From assembly GCA_951406725.2 (NCBI GenBank), contig OX597841.1, forward strand, positions 18,538,001 to 18,602,000: DNA of 64,000 bases, read 5' to 3'. The position numbers and the translations under genes are program-made. The stretch is from Octopus vulgaris. Lineage: Eukaryota. Within the stretch, counting starts at the first letter, position 1, and the number at the start of each line of letters is the position of its first letter. This document shows positions 24,701 through 36,410 of this stretch, in pieces. Under the pieces are notes generated by a model. The model did not search any database, was not told the DNA's origin, and worked only from the letters and a program-made list of their open reading frames with translations.

Positions 24701-27644
24701 GAAAGTGGCAAACTGGTCGACGCAAATTTCAATGAGTTAAACGTAACTACAAATCAGATGAACACAAGTTATAGAATCTCAGAAGTAAGTGGAAAACTAA
24801 CGAAGGAAAAGCTCAGCATCACGGAAGACGGCAACGATGAGGAAAAAGAAAAATCTAATAAAATTCACAAAAGTACGAAAAATTTAGTTGAAACGGAACG
24901 GAAGCGTCATCTGGTTGAAGTTTCGTTAATGTGCAATGAATGCAACGAGAATGCAAACTTTTCTCACACAAGCAGTTCACAGACAAAGATTGTTAATGGC
25001 TGTAGTTGCACCAATAAAAATGTTGTCAGAAACGACGAGGAGAAGCAAAGAAGACAGAAGGTCGAAGAGCACGAGAAAAACAATAAGAGAAGAAAAGCAG
25101 AGTGGAAGTGTCAGTCCGTTGTAAGTCTATCCAGAGACAGAGATGTTAGCATACACGGCTTACAGACGAATATCATGAACTGTGGCAGAAACGGTTTTGT
25201 CCAAACGTTTGCGAATGATGTCCTTAATTTCTGCAATAATGTCCATGCAGTCGGCAATGTAGAAGAAAAGGAAAACGAATCAGGGCATTGTTCAGCGAGG
25301 ATAAACTCAATATATGGAGATTCAGGCGTTTGTCGAAACCCGACGAACGCAGACGTATGTGGAAATTGGAATAACACAAATGATGGAAACTCGGTAAATT
25401 CAAAATGCAAAAAATCAGAAGCGAACGGGAGTCAGACAAAAGCAGACGACAAAACCCCAGAAAAAGGAGATAAGGAAGGAGAAGGGAAACTAGTAAGGAA
25501 AATCCTCAAAGGCAACGGTGAAATAGAAACAGACCGTCACACCATTGAAGGTCATTACGGAAATAATGCAGCCAGCGACAGAGCCAACATCTCTTACAGA
25601 AGCAATTCACAGATGGATAGATTTAATGGTGACACCAATAGTGACGTCACCAATGATCGATTTTATCCCCAAACCCAGGAAGACAAGGAAGCCCGAATAA
25701 GCCGAAAAGAAGGAGGGCATACGGAAACTGATAACTGCCGCAGCTCTTTAGCAAATCTTGGTTCCCTATGTCAATCAGTTGGTATTCCACTTATTTGCAG
25801 TGATGCCATAAGCAGCTTGCAGACGAATGTCTTAAATCAGATCAGTAATGACCGTGTCGAAGGGGGTTCAAATAACGTTTACTCCTTTTGCAATAATGTC
25901 CCTGCTCTCATCAGGGCACAAGATGACGAAACAAATCAAAGCTCAAACAGGATGAATGCAACTAACGGAAACTTGGATGTAAATCGAATTACATCCAATT
26001 GCGGTAAGTCAAACGACATTGGGAAGCGGACGAATTCCATCTGCGGGAAATTAGAGGCAGATGAAAATCGGGTGGACGCCAGTTGTGGAAACTGGAATGT
26101 AAATAGAAAAAGAACGAGTGAATATTGTGAAAATCTGCACGTAAGTGGAGATCAACCGGGAAACGCAGACGTAAGGGAACATTCTAGAAATTCAAATTAC
26201 GTTTACTCAGATATAAGCGGGGATAGAGTGAATTTATATCACGGAAAATTAGAAAACGGAGATAAGGAAGGAGAAGAAATGTCAATGAAAATCCACAAAA
26301 GCAACAATGATTTAGTTGAAACGGAACCGGAGCGCCATCCAAGAGAGGTTCCATTTCCATGCAATATTACAGGAAACGCGAAAGCAAACTTGTCTGAGGT
26401 AAACAACTCAAAGGTGAATAGCTTCAACGGTTGCAGAGACGTTGTCTCAGATACTGGCCTCGTCATTAAAAATGCAACTAGAGATGATCGATGTTATCTG
26501 AAAACCATGCCTGGCGATGAAGATGAAAGGGAAAAGGAAGTGGAAGTAGAATACGTGAAAACGTTCAATAGCAACAGTTCTTTAGCAAAACTAGAGTTAA
26601 GATGTCAGCCCGTTGATAATTCAACTCTGGATTCGCATACCACAGTACATAAGTCACAGGAGGCCAGCTTAAGCGACAACAGCAGCAGTGATATCGTCGT
26701 TGGACGTTCGAATGTCAGTCGAAATTCTGGCAGGGCTATCCCTTTTCTTAACAATGCGGAAGATAACTCACCAAGAAAGTTCTCAAACGGAACTAACCCA
26801 AATTACGGAAACTCAGACGTAAATGGAAATTTAACGAATAGAAATTACGGAAATTCGGAATATGAAGATAAGGATCAAGAAATATCTAAGAAAATCGACA
26901 ACAGCAATAATTATTTAGGTGAAGCGCAACCTAAGCATAATCCCACGAAGGTCCCATTTCTGTGCAATGCTGCAACAAGCAAGAGGACAGACTTTCCTTA
27001 CACAAGCAATTCACTGATTCACAACTCTCATGGCTGCACTGATGTTGTCTCAGATTATAACCACATTGAGGAAGATGTGGCCAAAGATGATCGATTTTCT
27101 CCTAAAACCCAGGCAAACAAGGAGGCCCGAGGAGGTCAAAAGGAAGGAGAGTATGTGAAATCCGACAAGAGCAGAAACAGCTCTTTACCTACAATAAGTC
27201 CTGTTTGCCAGCCCGTGGCTAATCCACCTGGATGCAGTGATGCCATAAATTGCTCACAGAGCAGTAATGATGCTGTGAAAAAGAGTTCGAATGACGTTCG
27301 TAGTTGCCGCAGTAATACTCTCTCTGTTCTCGACGATGCTAACGACGGTGGCTTAATAGGAGAGATATCGAACAGAACGAATAGAAATTGCAAAACCATG
27401 GATGCGGATGGAAATCGGACGAATGTAAAGAACCTCGCTCAAGATTCAAGTGGAAAGTCGACAAATGCAAGTTACGGAATCTCAGACTTAAATAGGAATC
27501 ACGCGAATACACCGCTATTCCGGATTGAAAATCCCAATTGCTCCGATGATCAGCGTGTACCTGCGGCCAATGACAAGACAGCCTCCTTCCCGATCATCCT
27601 CTCAATCGATCAGCAAGAATCTTTCTATTCTGATCTCCCACCAA
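18782..27644 (+). CDS. Giant (~8.86 kb) coding exon; unknown acidic, Asn/Ser/Cys-rich repeat protein (~2954 aa), probably continued by splicing
   Basis: Open frame 18767-27733 with an upstream in-frame TGA (18752-54) and first ATG at 18782 (A at -3). Pyrimidine-rich acceptor ending ctag at 18544; donor A|GTAAGT at 27645, followed by SINE-like sequence. No TE or non-triplet microsatellite lies inside. No recognisable domain. Confidence 0.8.
21740..27500 (+). repeat. Eight diverged in-frame tandem repeats (603-876 bp) inside the giant exon
   Basis: Units start near 21740, 22370, 23192, 24068, 24890, 25526, 26318 and 26921 (ETEP/ETDP-like). Most carry SQ...FNGC, (R)NDRF(Y)P, LAK...CQP/S, N.LN..RND.VE.CS....FCN and N-rich subrepeats. 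Confidence 0.85.
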
Positions 27645-27659
27645 GTAAGTATTATTATT

Positions 27660-27800
27660 TTGGCTGTCTTTACGTTCTGAGTTCAAATTCCGCCTTTCAC
27701 CCTTTCGGGGTCGATAATGTAAGTACCATTTGAGCACTGGAGTCGATATAATCGATTTACTCCCCTCCCCTCTAATGCTGGCCTGATACCAAAATTTGAA
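27660..27800 (+). mobile_element. SINE family C fragment
   Basis: tttacgttctgagttcaaattccgcc..tttcaccctttcggggtcgataa..aagtacca. Related copies at ~9672-9800(-), ~11830-11920(-), ~31860-32010, 52478-52600 and 52690-52860. Confidence 0.7.
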
Positions 27801-28221
27801 AAGCAAAATATTGTTGTTGTTGTTCTTGTCATGTCAAGCGCATTTGAATCCCTCCACGTTTCCCTGCGATCCATTATATCTGGAACCCATTTTTAAAAGC
27901 TTTGTATCCTACAACAGATGCTGCACATACGCTAGACAATGTTTCTTTTTCTGTCACATACTCGTCCCTATAGTCATAATTAACGTCCAATTTTATCTTT
28001 TCTTTGCCAACACTGCCCGACAGACGACGGGCTTCTTTCAGTTTCCGCTTACCACATCTTCTCACAAAGCTTCAGTCGGCCCTGAGCTATACTAGAACAC
28101 ACTCGCCGAAGGCGCTGCGCAGTAGCACTGAACCCAATGACCACAAGATTGAAAAGCAAACTTCTAACCACACAGCCACGTCTGTAAATAGTTTCTTCTT
28201 CATTGATTTTAGAAGAGAAAT

Positions 28222-28259
<38 letters not shown>

Positions 28260-28260
<1 letters not shown>

Positions 28261-28805
28261 AACGATGACGCTTATAGCAGCGACGACGGGAGTATTAACT
28301 CGTGTCCGAGTAACTAATCTGTAGCGAGTGATTGAACCTCTTCATCCTGAAGGGTGCGAAGAGTGCCGGTGCCTGAGGAGGCTGTTAAGGCCAAGGGTTG
28401 TATAGAAGAGCCGGGGGCGGCATATATTGCAGGGGAGGGTTGGTTGGGAGAGGAAGTGCGAATCGCTCTTTGCGCCTTCGACATCCTATTTCTTCCTCTC
28501 GTCTGTTATATTCCATCTTGTCCGTTCCCTTCACGATGTCATGCCGCTGTTTTGGCGGTCACTTGGCGAGTGTCTCCCAGGTATTTGGACTAATGGAGCA
28601 ACGGAAGAGAGTGGCCTTGAGCTCGTCTCGAAAACGGAATTCACAAATGGCCTTCAGGTGATATTGTTTAGGGTGGATCATGTATTGCGATCATCAGAAC
28701 CAAGCACTCGGTCATCCGCCTTCATCAGCGGCACCCTTGGCATTGGTGACATGCTGGACCTGGTTACAGGTGTTGCAGTGGATTGCCGGATGCTTCAGGT
28801 ATAAT
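28260..28805 (-). mobile_element. 3' fragment of an RTE-clade LINE
   Basis: Minus strand gives RFRDELKATLFRCSISPNTWETLA...RRRKERF...CNIC.R.F.T.LGLNS..RH, matching an RTE ORF C-terminus with a terminal zinc finger. Confidence 0.72.
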
Positions 28806-28810
28806 CGAGA

Positions 28811-28818
28811 TCTATCTT

Positions 28819-28893
<75 letters not shown>

Positions 28894-28925
28894 GTCTGTC
28901 TGTCTGTCTGTCTGTCTGTCAGTCA

Positions 28926-28956
<31 letters not shown>

Positions 28957-29952
28957 AGTCAGTCTGTCTGTCTGTCTGTCTGTCTGTCAGTCAGTCTGTC
29001 TGTCTTTCTGTCTGTCAGTCAGTCTATCTGTCTGTCTGTCTGTCTGTCTAGCTAGCTAGATGCCTAGCTAGCTAGATGCCTAGCTAACTTTTATACACCC
29101 CCCCACACACACACACTACATATGTGGGAAATTTTGATGAAACTTGACACGGGAATAGAACTCATGCCTGGAAACCTCATGGCATACTCAGATTGTTGAA
29201 AAAAAAATCGTTGCTAAGGCCCCTGGAAGGTATCCTTATATATATCGAATGTATTTCATTTTAACAGCCAAGGAAATAACCCATTCATTTTTCCGAAATC
29301 ATTTGATATAAATCAAATTGTGTATACTTTATTTCTTAGTATTTGAAATGTGAGAGTTATTTTCACAATTTCTCCAGTACAACCCTTAAACAAGTAAATA
29401 GTAGTTTCCTTAACAATAGATCCACTTATTTCAGTTAGTGACTTATTCACGAATATACCAACACTAGCGCTGCTGAGGGTAATATTATCTGCGAATGCAC
29501 AAAAGCTCTTTTCAGAGTTATTTACTATGAATTGTTATTATCTCATATCTGATTAGCCTGTTATTACATAACATGCCTCAAGATTTTAGTATACATACCT
29601 TATTGGTATTTCCCCTAAGTTAAAGTCCTTTCTTGTATATAGCCCTTTCTGGGTCAACAATACTTGAATTCTTACTATAAGGTAACTAATTTCATGTTAT
29701 AATTCTTATTATAAGGTAACTAATTTCATGTTATTATATAACTGACTTCACAATTTGCATATTCATAACTTATTAGGAATTCCTAAAAGCAAGGTCCTGT
29801 GTAAGACAGTTCGGTATTCTCTGTAAATGCACAAAAGCCATTTTAAGGGCTACATACTTTGTATTGTTGTTATTGGATTAGCGAAACAGTTATGAGAACG
29901 GAACTAAGAGATAAGCCCTGCTTTCCTGAGAATTCCCGGGTACGTTAGCTAG
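28811..29952 (+). mobile_element. Putative non-autonomous Helitron-type element
   Basis: 5' (TCTA/TCTG)n followed by attttgatgaaacttgacac; 3' imperfect palindrome cctgagaattcccggg followed by CTAG|T at 29949-29953; internal ~33-bp tandem duplication at ~29670-29735. Confidence 0.6.
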
Positions 29953-29965
29953 TATGTATATGTAT

Positions 29966-30524
29966 ATTGCACCTCCCCACACACACGCACTGACAGGGAA
30001 GCTATCCGCCCCATGACCGTCTTTGGAATGTACATATATATATATATATATAAAAAGGAAATGAAGAAAATGCTGACAAAATAATTTAAGTAAGGGAGAG
30101 TGTATTTAATTAGGTGAAAGTTCTTTTCTTTAAACAAAAAAAAGAGAAAAATTGGGTTAGAATACAATGTACATTTTTACCGGTTGCGCATTTGTTATGC
30201 TTATCAAAAGATATTTTGAGTGAGATAGAGTTCCTTTCTGATTGATTTTTTTCTCTTATCTGACTTTTGATAAGATAAGTCAGATAAGAGAAAAAAATCA
30301 ATCAGAAAGGAACTCTATCTCACTCAAAATATCTTTTGATAAGCATAACAAATGCGCAACCGGTAAAAATGTACATTGTATTCTAACCCAATTTTCTCTT
30401 TTTTTGTTTAAAAAAAGAACTTTCACCTAATTAAATACACTCTCCCTTACTTAAATTATTTTGTCAGCATTTTCTTCATTTCCTTTTTTTATATATCACA
30501 ACTCGTGTTCCACATCTCCTTTTT

Positions 30525-30568
<44 letters not shown>

Positions 30569-30629
30569 CAAAGACGGTCATGGGGCGGTTAACTTCCCTG
30601 TCAGTGCGTGTGTGTGGGGGAGGTGCAAT
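29966..30629. repeat. Large fold-back inverted repeat
   Basis: Inner arms ~30052-30266 and ~30277-30488 are near-perfect with a 10-nt spacer; outer arms are 29966-30028 and 30566-30629. Confidence 0.95.
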
Positions 30630-30774
30630 GGTGCAGTGGTTAGGGCAGCGGACTCGCAGTCGTAGGATCGCGGTATCGATTCCCAGACCGGGCAAGTGTT
30701 TATAGAGCAAAAAATCTAAAGTTCCACGTGGCTTCAGCAGGGGGTGGTGGCGAATCCTGCTGTACTCTTTCGCG

Positions 30775-31220
30775 TATGTATGTATGTATGTATGTATGTA
30801 TGTATGTATGTATGTATGTATGTATGTATGTATGTATGTATGTATGTATGTATGTATGTATGTATGTGTGCGTGTGTGTGTATGTATGTATGTATGCATG
30901 CATGCATGTATGTATGTATGTATGTATGTGTGTATGTATGAATGTATGTATGTATGTATGCATGCATGCATGCATGTATGTATGTGTGTGTGTGTATGTG
31001 TGTGTATGTAGGTATGTATGTAGGTATATGTATGTAAGTATGTATGCATGCATGCATGTATGTATGTATGTATGTATGTATGTATGTGTGTGTGTGTGTA
31101 TATATGCATGTATGTATGTATGTATGTATGTATGTGTGTATGTGTGTGTATGTATGTATGTATGTATGTATGTATGTATGTATGTATGTATGTATGTGTG
31201 TGTGTGTGTGTGTATGTATG

Positions 31221-31251
<31 letters not shown>

Positions 31252-31358
31252 GTGTGTATGTGTGTGTATGTATGTATGTATGTATGTATGTATGTATGTG
31301 TGTATGTATGTGTGTGTGTGTATGTATGTATGTATGTATGTATGTATGTGTGTATGTA

Positions 31359-31389
<31 letters not shown>

Positions 31390-31398
31390 ATGTATGTC

Positions 31399-31430
<32 letters not shown>

Positions 31431-31506
31431 TGTATGTATGTATGTATGTATGTATGTATGTATGTATGTATGTATGTATGTATGTATGTATGTATGTATG
31501 TATGTA

Positions 31507-31541
<35 letters not shown>

Positions 31542-31548
31542 ATGTATG

Positions 31549-31582
<34 letters not shown>

Positions 31583-31765
31583 TGTATGTATGTATGTATG
31601 TATGTATGTGTGTGTGTATGTATGTATGTAGGTAGGTATGTATGTATGTATGTATGTATGTATGTATTCATGCATGTATGCATGCATGTATGTATGTATG
31701 TATGTATGTATGTGTGTTTGTGTATGTGTATGTATGTGCACGCGCGTGTGTGTGTGTGTGTGTGT
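30775..31765. repeat. (TATG)n / (TG)n microsatellite array
   Basis: Direct reading, ~1 kb. Confidence 0.95.
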
Positions 31766-32578
31766 TTTAATAGTTATGACGACTTTTCCACGTGAAAACT
31801 GTTTCGTTTTTATCAACAATCTTAAATTAATTCTGTTGCTAAGCAACTAACGAATTAGCGGAGTCATTAGGACAAATCGCCTGGATCTCTGTGCACTGAG
31901 TTCAAATCTCGCTAAAGTCAACTTTATCTTTCAGAACTGATGAGAAACCACCAGTCCCGGAAGGTGGACTCAATACGTGGCGCCACATATTAAACTCGGT
32001 ACTTTGTGGTTTCTGAGTTTTTCAAATTCCTTACCTGGTTTAACAAATACTATTTTACCCTTGGCTGACTTTAGTGGAAATCGTTTTGTGCCACCATTCT
32101 TTTCGCCACTCCCTCAGACTCAAAAAAAATTTTTAATTAGTAAAAAAAAGAGGCGGTGTTATCCTCCTATCGCTAATTAAACGAGTAAAACAAAAAAATA
32201 TACATATTTACATAAAATATTTTACTGAAGCTAACAAGGGAGGCGACCCTTCAATAACCAAGTCATACTCGACATTATTATTATTGGGCTTATGTTGTTA
32301 CCTCCCTTGTACATATCTTACTTGTTTCGGTCTTTAGACTGCGGGTCATGCTGGCCACTGTCTTGATGGGTTCGAGTCCAACAAATCGACCGCAAGGCTT
32401 ACTTTTTCTAAGCCTGGTACTCATTCTGTTAGTTTTTTAAAAAAAATTTTTTGTCGAACCATTGAGTTACGAGTATGTAAACCAACCAAACTGGTTGTCA
32501 AGTAATAAGGCTGGGAGGACAAACACAAAAACACACACACACACACAGTTTTATATATATATACGTATATATATATAC

Positions 32579-32624
<46 letters not shown>

Positions 32625-32625
<1 letters not shown>

Positions 32626-32860
32626 TATTATATTAAATTAGAGATAAATCCATTATTAGGTAAATCAAACAATGAAAAACTTAAGCCAATACATAAAATT
32701 AATTCATTTATATTATTTTAAATATATATCATTATCTTTTATTTTAATACTTTTGATATATATTTAAAATAATATAAATTAATTAATTTTATGTATTGGC
32801 TTAAGTTTTTCATTGTTTGATTTGCCTAATAATGTTTTTATCTCTAATTTAATATAATAT
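32625..32860. repeat. AT-rich fold-back inverted repeat
   Basis: Arms ~32625-32731 and ~32754-32860, spacer ~22 nt, set between (TA)n tracts. Confidence 0.9.
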
Positions 32861-32953
32861 AATATTTTACTATAAAATTGGATTTAATCCTAAATCTGAT
32901 TTTTCCCTGTAAGTTTGGATTTATTCCCTAATATTTTATTATATATATATATA

Positions 32954-33144
32954 TCCCAGATGAACCAACTTCATGGCAGGAGGTGCAGATGAGGGCTGCT
33001 GCATCGAACTCTCTCATGCACCAAATGGCAATTGCTAAAAAGCATTCGTGAAGTAAAATCATGTAGCAACACCAAATGGCGGTGCCCCAGCATGGCCACA
33101 GCTTGTGAGCTGAAACTAGATAAATAAAAATAAAATAAATAAAA

Positions 33145-33145
<1 letters not shown>
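32954..33145 (+). mobile_element. Extreme 3' end of a CR1-group LINE related to 6952-7625
   Basis: atcccagatgaaccaacttcatggcaggag..atgagggctgctgcatcgaactctct (IPDEPT..E..MR.AASNSL) with tail ggtgccccagcatggccacagcttgtgagctgaaac. Confidence 0.8.
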
Positions 33146-33227
<82 letters not shown>

Positions 33228-33240
33228 GTATATATATATG

Positions 33241-33271
<31 letters not shown>

Positions 33272-33302
33272 GTATATATGTATATATATATGTATATATA
33301 TA

Positions 33303-33337
<35 letters not shown>

Positions 33338-33527
33338 CACACACACACACGACAGGCTTCTTTAAGTTTCCATCTACCAAATCCATTCAGCTCTGATTTG
33401 AAACTGGAATTATGTGGTTGGGAAGCAAAGCCCTTACCACACGGCCAAGACCTTACCTACCAGCCACTCCTGTGTCTGTTCCTTTAAGGGAATACCAAGT
33501 TCAAGCCCATGTTCTTTTCTCTCCTTA

Positions 33528-34409
33528 TACATTGGTCTGATCAATAAGTATTCGAACATGTTGTCATAGTAACGAAGCTAAAGCACACAGAGTAAAGCCA
33601 CTTGGTACATATTGACCTTGAACTCTGCTGTGCTTGCACACTAAGTTTTAACGTTCTAGCTCACTTCCGCTGTTTATAGCAGTGCTTGGAAGGACGTGTG
33701 TAGCGTGTGATTGTTGCAACGACCACAACAGAGAAAGTTGGGCAGAGAATCTGCATCAAATTTTGCCAAAAGCTTAGCGATCCCTGCTCAGGGGCCTGCA
33801 CAAAGTTTTCAAAAAGTTCTTATTGTTTCCGACACAATGAAGAAGATCTGCAACTGAAACCTGGGTGTTTTTTTTTTTTTTTGTCAATTGAAAGCAGTTT
33901 TGGCAGAACCTTAGTAGACATGCACCTCATACCAAAATCTTCAGTGATAAAGGACTGAACTGAACCAGAACTAATCCGCACATCCTCTGATAACTCTGGA
34001 TGGTGATTCGATGGTTTCCCTCCTCAGCTGCATACACTGTGATGTTTTTCTCTGTTCGACTGGTTGCGGGTCTCCCAGAATGCTCGTCAATAAGGACATT
34101 TTTTCAGCCATCTTGGAAATGTTTCAACCACTTGTAGACCTGTGTTTCCTTCATACACTCCTCTCCATACACTTTCTGCAACTTTGTGTAAGGCCTCTGA
34201 GCAGGTATCACCATGACAACTTTCTCTGTCATGGTCAATGCAATGATCACACACTACACACCTTCCTTCCAAGCACTGCTGTAAACGGTAGAAGTGAGCT
34301 AGAACGTTAAAACTTAGTTCACATGCACAGCAGAGGTCAAGGTCAATCTGTACCAAGTAGCATTCATTACTATGGCAACGGTCTGGATACTTATTGTTCA
34401 GAACTTGTA
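33528..34409. mobile_element. Mariner-derived element made of two inverted 5' ends, with TA flanks
   Basis: Ends tacattggtctgatcaataagtattcgaac / gtctggatacttattgttcagaacttgta, with ~200-bp inverted arms. EKVGQRICIKFCQKL is on the + strand; a transposase N-terminus relic (DEHSGRP.TSRT) is on the - strand at ~33900-34235. Confidence 0.8.
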
Positions 34410-35074
34410 TAGGTGTGAGTGAATCTCTGTGTGTGTGTGTGTTCCTCGAAATTGCAGGCCTTGTGCTAAAATTTGAAATTTTACCCTTCCCCTTCTTATT
34501 TTTACAATCTTCTTACTTTTTAGAGAGACATTTCAACTACAAAGGGAACTTTACATGGAAGAAACCTTTAGAAGACTGTTCTGTGACTGTGAGGACGAAT
34601 TCAGCAGAAACAGGTAAACTAAAGCAGTATGATTACCATTGTTGTTTGACCTCCTCATCAGGCTCGCCTTGGCTGTGGCCTTCTCATCATTTATTTAGAT
34701 TTAGCCTTGAGATGAATTGTTAAGAAGATAAGAATGTCCTTCAGTGGCTTAGTGGTTAGGGTGTTGGATTCACGACCGTAAGATTGTGGTTTCCATCCCT
34801 GGACTGGGTGAGCCATTGTGCTCTTGAGCAAAACACTTCATTTCACATTGCTCCAGGCCACTCAACTGTAGATATGAGTTTAGCCCGGGGAGAGGGATGG
34901 GCTCTGCCAGGCTTTCTCACCCCAATGACAGCCAAGGGGTTTAGGGACTTGGCATTGTCATTACCTTGTCAGTAGCCCAGTGAATAAGAATACCTTGCTG
35001 CAGGGTTATCATTATCAGGGAGAGAACTCATGACAAGAAAGACCCTAAACTGAGAGACAAGATCTGGCAGTTAT

Positions 35075-35520
35075 TATTGCTCCCAAGAAGACAAAAAGTC
35101 ATCTTCCTCAAAGCAACAACTGAAAGTGTGCAATTTTAGGGATCTGAAAGTTGGACCCTAACAAAAATGTTGCAGGAACTTCTAGACAGATGCTACACCC
35201 ACTAACTCTGACGTGTACGAAAATATTGAGTGGCAACAGAGGGTGACCAGTAAAGACCTCTATAGGAGACTTTCCCCTGATAGCAAAGGTGGTCAGAGCT
35301 GGAAGACTGTGTTTTGCTGGGCACTGCTACCAGGCCAGAAGCGAATGCATCAGGGATGTGTTACTCTGGGAAGCAACACATGACCAAAGAAGCAGAGATT
35401 GACTGGCCACAACATATGTTAACAGACCAATGGGCGACACTGGCTCATCGGTTTCCAAGTTCAAGTCAGCAATGGAAGGCAGAGACTCTTGGAAGAACGC
35501 CTGTGCAGATGAAAGAAACT
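35075..35520 (+). mobile_element. Decayed RTE-clade LINE 3' fragment
   Basis: KIW...KVIFLKATTESVQF*GSESWTLTK...LDRCYT...RLCFAGHC; an inverted related copy lies at ~35912-36108. Confidence 0.72.
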
Positions 35521-36410
35521 CAATCTAAGAGGTAGACTAGCATTTTAGAAATAAAGATCCCTAGTTCAATTTGTGTCTGGTACCCTGTACCTATTAAGAG
35601 ATAGGAATCAGCATGGATGTGTGGTAAGAAGCTTGCTTCCCAATCACATGGTTTGGGGTTCAGTCCCACTGCATGGCAGCTTGACCGAAGCCTTGTTTTG
35701 AATTTGGTATGCAGAAATTGAAAGAAGCCTATCATGTATGTATTTATATACATACATATTTATAAACAAGGTGCAGGTATGGCTGTGTGGTAAAGCTTGC
35801 TCAACCACATGGTTTCAGGTTCAATCCCACTGCATGGCACCTTGGCCAAGTGTTTTCTGCTATAGCCTCAGGCCTTGTGATTGAATTTTGTATGCAGAAG
35901 ATCCTGTCTGAGTCCCTGTAGAGGTCTTTATTGGTCCCCCTCTGTTGCCACTCAATATTTCAGTGCATGTCAGAGTAGCATCCATCTTGTAGTTCCTGCA
36001 ACTTTTTTGCCAGGGTCCGAGTTTCAGATCCCTAAAATAGTACACTTTCAGCCATCACTTTGAATATCATGACTTTTTCTCTTCTTGGGAATGGTGACTG
36101 CCAAATCCTGTGGTGTGAAAGTTCTTGTACCACCTAACAGACAGGTGAGAAAAAAGATTTGATAACAATTACAATCAGGTATTTGGCCAGTCAAAGTGTA
36201 AAATGTACAATAATCTATGTTTTAAAAGAAAGTTTGAAATTCAGTCTGGTACTATATAAAGACCCAAGAGTGAGACGCATGGATTCTAGAACAAAATGAT
36301 GAAATCAGAATATAGGGTGGATGTAGATATTATGAGTATGCATACTTAACTGGTACACTTAAGTTTAAATATAAAGGCTGCGAGTTCAAGTCCATTCTGA
36401 TACTGTGTAT

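Noticed and set aside
27645-27733. Last ~29 codons of the 2988-aa ORF
   Set aside because: They follow a consensus GTAAGT donor and consist largely of SINE family C sequence; likely intronic read-through.
16948-29952. Idea that the giant exon was captured by the flanking Helitrons
   Set aside because: The two elements point away from each other and each has its own ends; nothing shows the exon lies within one element.
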